From: a bacterium
Lineage (GTDB): Bacteria; Hydrothermota; Tepidihabitantia; Tepidihabitantales; Tepidihabitantaceae
Reading direction: 5' to 3'
Assembly: GCA_046485285.1 (NCBI GenBank)
Contig: JAWOHE010000015.1
Span: forward strand, 1-17,328
Length of the DNA stretch: 17,328 bases
The translations under genes were made by a program, and so were the position numbers. This document shows positions 7,633 through 15,300 of this stretch, in pieces; the first letter of the stretch is position 1; every line of letters begins with the position of its first letter. The notes below the pieces were generated by a model. It did no database searches. It had not been told where the DNA came from and worked only from the letters and a program-made list of their open reading frames with translations.

Positions 7633-9219
7633 TCACGACCCGTGCCGACGGTGCCACTCCTTCCAGAGCCGGCCCCGGCAGCCCTCCAGCGCCCGGTGGC
7701 TGCCGATCTGCTCCAGCTCCGTCTGCAGCCCCGTGATAGCGGCCTCCCCGGGGCGCAGCCGCCGGGTGCCGCGATGCCGCTCATACCAGTCTACGGCCCG
7801 GTTCAGCAGCACCAGCTCCTTCGCGGTCCACCTGGTCTTGGGCCAGCGCTCGCCGAGGCCGTGGGCCAGCTTCCGCACGCGGTCCCGGACGGCAATCCGG
7901 GTCCGGGCGGCCCGGTCGCGGTCCTGGACCGACCCCGGCTTCTCGGAATCGGGTTTGAACAGCTCCTCGTAACAGGCATCACCGGCTTCGTTCGCGGTAG
8001 GGTAGCGCCCGCTGACTACGCCCCGCGCATACTTCTGCAGCGTCCGGTCCTGCCGGGCGGTCCAGCGCGGGTTGACGGTACGTCCGGCCTTTTGCGACAT
8101 GATGCACAGGTAGCTCCGCAGCGTCACAAGGGTGCGCTCGCGGTACGACTTGCGCCGCGCCGGGTCGCTCCGGTTCAGCCGCGCGTGCAGTTCCCGCAGC
8201 TCTCGATGGCAGTCCCGCGCAACCTGCCGTAGCGTGGGCGGGTTCGGCCGGACCAGCCGGCGGACGTGGCGGTCCAGTATTCGCTTCTCTCCGGGGAGCC
8301 AGAGCCGGGCGCGCCACGACCAGCCCAGCCCGCCGGCCCGCTGGGACAACTGGTCGCGGAGCGACTTCAGGTCGCGCGCCGGCGGAATGCTCTGCCCACG
8401 GCACCTGCTGCGCCGTCGGTCCAGGTCGTGGCGGCAGTCCCGGGCTGCGACGATCGGGTCCCGGTATCGGCCCTGCACCAGCGCCTGCACGTAATCGTCA
8501 ATGATGGCCTGTTCCCAATCCTTGTACCGGGTTCGCCAAGCCGGCCGCCCTGCAGCGTGAGCCAGCCTCCACAGCCGTTCGCTGACGGCCTTGAGCGTAC
8601 GCGGCCGGGCCGGGGCGAGTGCACCGGGTTGCTGCCGGTTCAGCCGCGCGAGTTCCCTGGCACAAGCGGTGGCTGCCTCTTCGGAATTACGGAAACGGCC
8701 GTCCAGCAACCCCTGCGCGAACCGCTCGGCGACGCTCGTCTCTTCCGGGCTCCACCGGGTACGGTGACCGTGATGGCGAGACCCCGCGGTTCGCCGAGCG
8801 ATGGCGTGGTCCACCACCTCGATGTTCCGTGGTCCTCCGGGCGGTCGTGCCGACTCGGGCAGTCGCTCAAACCGTTCCAGACAGACACGCGCAACGCTGA
8901 GGACCGACTCGTATCGTCCTGCGGCGAACTCCCGGGCACAGCGGTCCATGACTCGTTCCTCGGCGGCGGTCCAGGGCCTGTGGCCACGACGTCCGGCCTC
9001 CCTCAGCCGGGCGTACAGACGCTTGTGGACGGCATGCTCGGTCCGGATGAAGCCCGGGCGACGCTTCAGCTCCCGATAGCAGCGGGACGCGGCCTCGCGG
9101 GCCGAGTCGAACCTGCCCGACAGCACCTGCTGCACGTACCGCTCCAGCACCCGGCTCTCAGCAGGCGACCAGGGAGCGGACGCGGCCCGGCGCCTGTCCG
9201 CCATCGGCCTACGGCTCAC
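7633..9219 (-). CDS. Arg-rich hypothetical protein with seven Myb/SANT-like helix-turn-helix repeats (start may be ATG 9204)
   Basis: Repeats begin WSPAESRVL, WTAAEERVM, WSPEETSVA, YKDWEQAII, WLPGEKRIL, WTARQDRTL and WTAKELVLL; most continue G(R)(F/Y)...A..C..EL...RT..AV..RL. Confidence 0.75.
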   Translation of the reverse strand: MSRRPMADRRRAASAPWSPAESRVLERYVQQVLSGRFDSAREAASRCYRELKRRPGFIRTEHAVHKRLYARLREAGRRGHRPWTAAEERVMDRCAREFAAGRYESVLSVARVCLERFERLPESARPPGGPRNIEVVDHAIARRTAGSRHHGHRTRWSPEETSVAERFAQGLLDGRFRNSEEAATACARELARLNRQQPGALAPARPRTLKAVSERLWRLAHAAGRPAWRTRYKDWEQAIIDDYVQALVQGRYRDPIVAARDCRHDLDRRRSRCRGQSIPPARDLKSLRDQLSQRAGGLGWSWRARLWLPGEKRILDRHVRRLVRPNPPTLRQVARDCHRELRELHARLNRSDPARRKSYRERTLVTLRSYLCIMSQKAGRTVNPRWTARQDRTLQKYARGVVSGRYPTANEAGDACYEELFKPDSEKPGSVQDRDRAARTRIAVRDRVRKLAHGLGERWPKTRWTAKELVLLNRAVDWYERHRGTRRLRPGEAAITGLQTELEQIGSHRALEGCRGRLWKEWHRRHGS

Positions 9220-9229
9220 GGCTGACGGC
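9200..9229 (-). repeat. Heptamer array (3' arm) overlapping the stop codon of four-helix-bundle gene B
   Basis: Minus strand GCCGTCA GCCGTGA GCCGTAG GCCGATG GC. Confidence 0.85.
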
Positions 9230-9568
9230 TCCGTACAGCCTCGCCAGCATCTTCTTCACGCTCTCGTACTTGCCGTCGAGCTTCTGATGCTCGGCGTCGG
9301 TGATGTAGCCCAGTGACCGCGAGAGGTGCAGTTGGTAGCGGACTTCTTCACACGACCCCACCGCGACGTTGACGAACTGGGCGAACCCCTTCGCTCCGGC
9401 TCTGGCTGCACCTTCCGCCAGGTTCATCGGTATGGACGCCGCCGCCCGACGCATCTGCCCGGTCAGCCCGAACATCTCCGACTTGGGGAACCTGGCTGTG
9501 ACGCGGTACACGTCCGGCACAAGCTGGTCCGCCAACTGGAACACCTCGTACTTCCTGACGTCTCTCAT
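9209..9568 (-). CDS. Four-helix-bundle protein (23S rRNA intervening-sequence protein / Avd-like family), copy B
   Basis: YEVFQLADQLV..VYRVT..FPKSEMFGLTGQMRRAAASIPMNLAEG...F..F...A.GS..E..YQL family pattern; GAGGAG RBS upstream. Confidence 0.95.
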   Translation of the reverse strand: MRDVRKYEVFQLADQLVPDVYRVTARFPKSEMFGLTGQMRRAAASIPMNLAEGAARAGAKGFAQFVNVAVGSCEEVRYQLHLSRSLGYITDAEHQKLDGKYESVKKMLARLYGAVSREP

Positions 9569-9579
9569 CGGCTCCTCGT

Positions 9580-9609
9580 GCCGTAAGCTGTCAGCGGCAA
9601 GCTGCTAGC
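9580..9609 (-). repeat. Heptamer array (5' arm) upstream of four-helix-bundle gene B, complementary to 9200-9229
   Basis: Minus strand GCTAGCA GCTTGCC GCTGACA GCTTACG GC. Confidence 0.8.
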
Positions 9610-9621
9610 CCTCCATGTCGC

Positions 9622-9702
9622 ACCCTTGGCCTTCGGCAGTTTTTTGTGCAGAGCCTGCCCTGAGCTTGTCGAAGGGTCCAGCATCCGCTCGACCAACTTC
9701 AC
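9622..9702 (-). pseudogene. Relic fragment of a Type IIG RM C-terminus (copy 3)
   Basis: Translates VKLVERMLD[PSTSSGQA]LHKKLPKAKG, versus VELVERMLELHKRLPKAKG at the end of the intact RM gene. Confidence 0.85.
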
Positions 9703-9977
9703 GCCTGCGCCGGTATCTGTGGCCGCCGCTTGTACTGCCCGCACCGGGCCTGCCAGGCATAGTAGCTTGAGCGCCGAACCCGCAGCAAGCGGCAGAGCCT
9801 CTGCACCGGCAGACGGTTTGACCCGAAGGCCACGAGGCGGAAACGCTGGTCGTAGGTGGCGCGGGTGATGACACTGGCGTCGACGAGGCGCTCGACCTCG
9901 CGGCTGAGAACAGCGTTCTCCTGCCTCAGCCGTTCATTCTCCTGCCGGAACCTGGCGTCGCTGGGCTTCCTGCGCAT
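9699..9977 (-). mobile_element. IS3-family transposase fragment (OrfA coiled-coil end joined to OrfB N-terminus), no catalytic domain
   Basis: ENERLRQENAVL...RFRLV...LPVQRLCRLLRVRRSSYYAWQAR matches the IS3 orfA/orfB junction pattern; no DDE region and no terminal inverted repeats seen. Confidence 0.7.
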
Positions 9978-9987
9978 TCTCGCTCCT

Positions 9988-10188
9988 TTCGACAATCGCA
10001 ACCTCCTCCTCCGTCAATCCATACAACTCATACACCAACTCGTCAATCGTCTTGTCCGTCGCGGCAATCTGGCGCTCAATTGTCGCCTTGGCCGCGCCCT
10101 TGGCCTTGGGCAGTTTCTTGTGCAGAGCCTGCCCTGAGCTTGTCGAAGGGTCCAGCATCCGCTCGGGCAGAAGGACCATCCTGTTGTG
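9988..10188 (-). pseudogene. Relic of a Type IIG RM C-terminus (copy 2; within ORF 9934-10218)
   Basis: HNRMVLLPERMLD[PSTSSGQA]LHKKLPKAKGAAKATIERQIAATDKTIDELVYELYGLTEEEVAIVE, colinear with 12355-12531. Confidence 0.9.
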
Positions 10189-10230
10189 CTGGGTCATGGT
10201 GTCCTCATGGTCACCCAATCACCGTCTGAC

Positions 10231-12327
10231 CTACTCCGGTGCAAAGTGGATTTGCTTGTTGATTCTAGTAAGGGAGCCGCTCAGCACGTTCTTGTGAATC
10301 TGCTCCTCATTATAGCAGCCGATGGCGCTGTTCACCACCTCCGTGGGGATTTGGAGACGGCCTGCTATCCAGCCGCGCTGGCGCCCGAACTCCCGCAGGG
10401 CAGCGAGGCCAAGGAACAGGATAATGTCTGTCAGCTTCCCCGCGAAGGCGTTGACGCACTGTTCCTTCCGTGGGATTAACTCCGACAGTTCACGTGCGGC
10501 CTCGGTCACAGCCTGCTCCACATGTGGGCGCAGGAAGTCGAAGAAGGATACCACAGTTTCCCTGCTCGCTCCGGGCGTCGCGCTCCCATCAAAGTACTTC
10601 AGACCAAGTCCAAAGGGAACGGCGAGGAAGGCCGTCAAGGCACCTTGAATGTCGTCCGTGACGGGAGGAGCGAAAGGCAGGTCATAGAGTGGGTCCGTGC
10701 GCATCCAGTAGTCGGAAACTGGTGCGCTCTTCCGGTAGGCGGCGTACATGGGCAAGAACTCCAGCGCGGTCACGCAGTCATCCAGCCGGAAGCCCGAGGT
10801 CCTCAGTGGCACTGTTGGCTGCACTCCCATCAGGCCAAAACACTCTTCGAGGAGTTCCCATGCGGCGTTTTCGTTTCCCGCTTGCGCCTCCAGGCGTACC
10901 AGTCGGCTCCTAGTGTCGTAGTCACGGGGTTCCGCTGAGAGTTTGCCCTTCCAGAAGACCCTAGCCTGCTCGCTCACGTCGGGCGCTGACTTCACCAACT
11001 CTGCGAAGAGCGCAGACTTCAGCCGGTCGAGCGCCAAGTTCCCAGGCTGATGCGCTAGCCCATCTTCGACGTAACGTAGGGCTTCTATCGGCGAACCGCG
11101 CCTTCTGTGAGCCTCTCCCAGCCAGTACCACATGGATGGCCAGTGCGTTGCCAATTGTGGGTCGGAACCTAGCGCGCGCTCCAACAGCGAGGAGGCTTCC
11201 TCTGGCTTGTCGAAGTCCACGAGAAGACTGATGCCCTTGGACGCGAGTGCCTCCGGAAGGAGCGGGTCGAGTTCAAGTGCTCTATCGAAGCACGCCATCT
11301 CGTTCTCGTGGTCGCCTACTTGGTGATAGGCACTGGCAAGATTCTTCCACACCGTGGGACTCTGGGGTTCTACCTCCAATGCTTCCCGATACTGCTTGAT
11401 GGCTTCGACGTACTCCCCCAGTGCGCTAAGGGTATTCGCCAGATTGTATGGTAGCCGCCACTCGGCTGGGTGCCTCGATTTCAGCAGTTGCTCAAACAGC
11501 TGCTTGGCCTCTGAAACGGCGGCTCTATCGCCGTCTCTAATCCCCCTCTGCGCAAGGATGCAGGCGCGCATCGATCGTACCTGACCGGAATCCCTGAGCT
11601 TCCGAGCTCGGTTTATGCTGGCCAGAGCATCGTCATACTGGTGTAGACAGTACTGCGACCAAGCTAGAGCTTGCCAACCCAAGGAGGACTCCGGCTGATT
11701 GTCGAGGTAGGACTTCGATAACGCGGCGGCGCGGTCAAAGTGGCGGGACTCTATGGCTGCCCACGCTTCACCCAGAACCGCGTCGCTTGGTGCGTCATAT
11801 CCAGTAGGCCTCAGCATGCTGCCGGTACCCGCGGGCATATCAACTCCGAGGTACTTCTTTGCGAGGTCCGGGTGTGCTTCCTCGAGCTGCATGCGTAGCC
11901 ACTCCCGTGAGAAGACGATGAGCTGCCACCCATGCTGTTGCCGAAGTTCTGCTTCCAAATTGTCGACGTCTACCCCACGAGCCTTACGATTAGTGACAAA
12001 CACGAAAGTCGAGAAGCTGTGGCCGCCGTTCTTCAGCTTGAGCGCGTCGCGCCGTAGCTTGGCCTTCCAGTCCTGCTCGAGACTGAACTGAAAGAAGGCG
12101 ACATCGCCATCTCGCCCTCGCCCGCTTCTAGGCGATTCCTCAGCATCGCGTCCCCCGTCCTGCGGCTCAATCGGTACTATGTCCTTGTACCCGTTGCGAA
12201 ACAGCAGGTCAACGCAAAGTCGCTCGAAGTGCTTCCCGTCCAACTCCTGGTCTAGAGTCCAGAGGACTTGACTTGTCACTCGCTGACCCTCACCCGAGAT
12301 GTCCGGCATTCGGTGGACACAATCCAC
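10231..12327 (-). CDS. N-terminal restriction-endonuclease-like (PD-(D/E)XK, Mrr-like) domain + TPR repeat protein; start could be ATG 12309 or GTG 12279
   Basis: FERLCVDLLFRNGY...PQDGGRDA...FFQFS at the N-terminus; multiple TPRs (YNLANTLSALGEYVEAIKQYREALEVEP, WKNLASAYHQVGDHENEMACFDRALELDP); visibly lower GC than the flanks. Confidence 0.82.
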   Translation of the reverse strand: MDCVHRMPDISGEGQRVTSQVLWTLDQELDGKHFERLCVDLLFRNGYKDIVPIEPQDGGRDAEESPRSGRGRDGDVAFFQFSLEQDWKAKLRRDALKLKNGGHSFSTFVFVTNRKARGVDVDNLEAELRQQHGWQLIVFSREWLRMQLEEAHPDLAKKYLGVDMPAGTGSMLRPTGYDAPSDAVLGEAWAAIESRHFDRAAALSKSYLDNQPESSLGWQALAWSQYCLHQYDDALASINRARKLRDSGQVRSMRACILAQRGIRDGDRAAVSEAKQLFEQLLKSRHPAEWRLPYNLANTLSALGEYVEAIKQYREALEVEPQSPTVWKNLASAYHQVGDHENEMACFDRALELDPLLPEALASKGISLLVDFDKPEEASSLLERALGSDPQLATHWPSMWYWLGEAHRRRGSPIEALRYVEDGLAHQPGNLALDRLKSALFAELVKSAPDVSEQARVFWKGKLSAEPRDYDTRSRLVRLEAQAGNENAAWELLEECFGLMGVQPTVPLRTSGFRLDDCVTALEFLPMYAAYRKSAPVSDYWMRTDPLYDLPFAPPVTDDIQGALTAFLAVPFGLGLKYFDGSATPGASRETVVSFFDFLRPHVEQAVTEAARELSELIPRKEQCVNAFAGKLTDIILFLGLAALREFGRQRGWIAGRLQIPTEVVNSAIGCYNEEQIHKNVLSGSLTRINKQIHFAPE

Positions 12328-12336
12328 ATGTGGGGC

Positions 12337-15300
12337 TCATTGCTCGGTCCCGCCTTCTACGGTCCTGACCTCCTCTGCCGTCAGCCCATACAACTCATAC
12401 ACCAGTGCGTCTATGGCCTTGTCCGTCGCGGCAATCTGACGTTCGATGCCGGTCTTCGATTCGCCCTTGGCCTTCGGCAGTCTCTTGTGCAACTCCAGCA
12501 TCCGCTCGACTAGCTCGACCATCCTGTCGTGCCGGGCCTTGTCCTTCTTGTCGGAGAAGTCGATGGTGCGGATAGGAAGCTTCGCCAAGAATTGCCTATT
12601 CGCGGACATCCAACCACCACGAAACGGGGCGCTGATGTGAGGGAAGTACCAAGCCAACAGGCGCGAATTCAGCAACCCGAGTAAGTACAGCAACCCCATA
12701 GAATCGTGGCCGGGTTTGAGGGTAACACCTCCAACATCTACGTTGTCTAAGTAGTGTGATCCGGTTATGTCGACCGTAGCGCGAAGCCGTTCCACTAGTC
12801 GAGGGACACAGATTTTCGCACGACCCTGTATCCCGAGATTTTGGCTACGGCCAAATCGGTACCACCCGGTCCCCCTGAACTTGCCCCCTTCGCGCCTCTC
12901 GAGTCTCTCTTTGTTTTGATCGAGATAGGTCGCCGTCATTGGGAATCTCCTCTTGAGGGCGTCGAACTGCATAAGGGTCGCTGACGGGTCAGCAACCTCG
13001 TAAGGGAAAAGGATATACTGCCGCCAGGGTAACACGCGGTAGCGCCCGATATCTGTTCCGCTCACAAGCGGATGAAGCGCTCCAGGTTCCAGCATTACGT
13101 CTGTCGACAGAGCCTTCGAGTGCAGCCGAACAGCTCCGCTTGTCTTCGCTACGACGTCCAGTATGTACACATCGTCGGCACTGGTCTGGAGGCCGACAAA
13201 GACATCTGCGACCTCTCCCAGCTTCGGGGTCATGCTACGGAGGCTCCCAGCCAGCCTCGCGCCCTTACCGACTGCGAAACTCCATTCTCCTGACAACGAA
13301 GCCTCAGCATCGACAGTTCCCGATTCTGCGGTGCCTTTGGTTAGCCAAGAACCTAAGTCGCCCGGCTTCACCACGCTTACCGAATGGCTGGGAGGTCGAC
13401 CGAGAAACAGCAGGCATGTATAGGTAGTAGCGCCAGAAAAGACCTGTATGTGGCCGAAATGGACTACATGCTTCAGATGCTTGCCATCTACAATGAGAGA
13501 GCGTAATGGTTCACCATACTGCGAGTTGAAGAACTTGTGGGGAAGGATGTAACCGAGGAGCCCGGTCTTGTTCAGGAGGCTGAGCCCTTTCTCTGCGAAC
13601 ACAACGTAGATGTCGTAGTTGCCCTTGGCGGCCGAACGGTAGTGCTTTTTGAAGTAGGGCAGAGATTCGGGCGACCATTCGTTCAGGGCCTGGACGCGAA
13701 TGTACGGCGGGTTGCCGATAACCGCGTCGAAACCGCCTGCCTGTGCGTGTCCGCCCGCAGACAGGCCGGATTTCATTATCTCCGGGAATTCGTGTTCCCA
13801 GTCGAAGGCGTTGATGCGGAGTCGTTCCTCCTCGTCGTCGAACATCGTCTGTTGTTCGCCCTGCCAGAAGTCCGACCCTATCAGGCTGTTACCGCATTTG
13901 ATGTTACTGCTGAGGTCGGGCAAGGCCCGCTCGCGGAACATCTTCTGCTGGAGGCTGATGGTCTGGTCGCTCTCGCCCTCGAGCACCTTGAGCAGAAGGC
14001 TGAGCTTGGTGACTTCGACCGCCTGGGCGTCGATGTCCACGCCGTAAATGTTGTTGAGCAGGATGCGTTTCTTTTCCTGCGTGGTCAGCCGCCACTCCCC
14101 GCCCGGGCCTTCGTAGAGTTCTTTGCGGTGCTTCTCCGGCCCGGCCTTGACGTACTGGTCCCGGTGCCAGTCGAGCAGGTACTGGTACGCGCCGAGCAGG
14201 AACGAACCGGACCCACAGGCCGGGTCGAGGATGCGGAGTCGCGAAGCTCGCGCAGGGGTCAGGGGTCGGGGGGCAGGGGTCGGGGAGTGCGCAGTGCGCG
14301 AATCAGGCCGTTGAGCAGTCTGCCGACGAGTCGCGCCTTCTGCTGCAACTCGGCGGTCTGCGTCGGGCTGAGTATCTGCAGTCGTTCCGCGAGCGTCAGA
14401 TAGGTCTGCAGTTCTGCCAGAGAGCCCCGGCTGATTGAGAGATGATTCAGATAGACCCGGCGGTGGTTGGAACCATGTCCTTCCGCAATGTTCGCAGGTA
14501 TGGAAACGGCCGCTCTGGTCATCTGCGACCGTAGCCCGTACCGCTCGCTTTCGGGCAGCTCCCGGGCCGCGCGGTAGACCAGTTCGACCAGACTCATCGC
14601 TTCCTGCCAGACCCTCAGGTCCTCGTGACTCTGAATCGGTTCCGTCAATGCTCGCCCCTTTCCTCCCCGGACCCTGAACCCTGATCCCTGGTCCCGGGAT
14701 GCTATCGGCAGACGGTATTCCCCGGCATCTCAGACACGTACCGTTGGATTCGGCCGGGTAGCCCCACAGTAATGCTCCGACCGTGTTCTTGACGATGTAG
14801 TCCACGATGTAGGTCGGCGTGTAATAGACCCCGCCCGCCTTGCGGACTTCGGGCTTATCTTCGACCTTGGCCCGGTGACCGGCGGTGAGCCGGATGACCT
14901 TGCCGAGGAACTGCTCATAGACCTGGCCGAGGATGTCGGCCGGAAAGACGCTGAACTCGTACGGGCTCGGGTAGTAGAGCTGGGCGATGACGGTCTTGAG
15001 CACCGCGTCGTCCACTTCGAGGTTCGGGGTGAGGTCGTCCGGCTCCTCGCGGCCGCGCTCGCTGGTGAAGTGGAACAGCCCGGAGTTGTAGCGGTCGTCG
15101 GCCCGGCGGAAGAGCTCGAACAGCCTCGGGTAGACTCGGACGCCGTTGGTGAGCGCCTGCAGGCCGGCGGCCGGCTCGATGCCCCGGTCTTCGCAGATGC
15201 GCAGGAAGATGATGCGGTCGATCGTGCGCTGGACCGCGGCGTTGAGCTCGCGGTCGGTCAGCCGCGGGTTGCGCAGGGCGATGTTGCGGGCGAGGATGTC

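Noticed and set aside
9699-10001. Intact IS3 element
   Set aside because: Only about 90 codons, no DDE domain and no terminal inverted repeats found.
9209-14648. Diversity-generating retroelement (Avd-like genes plus repeated gene ends as TR/VR)
   Set aside because: No reverse transcriptase in the window, and differences between the C-terminal copies include C/T and G/C changes rather than being adenine-specific.
14263-14760. Intein in the RM gene
   Set aside because: No C/S start with a terminal HN/HQ followed by C/S/T, and no HINT or homing-endonuclease motifs; the host-frame translation looks like an off-frame reading of the nested gene.
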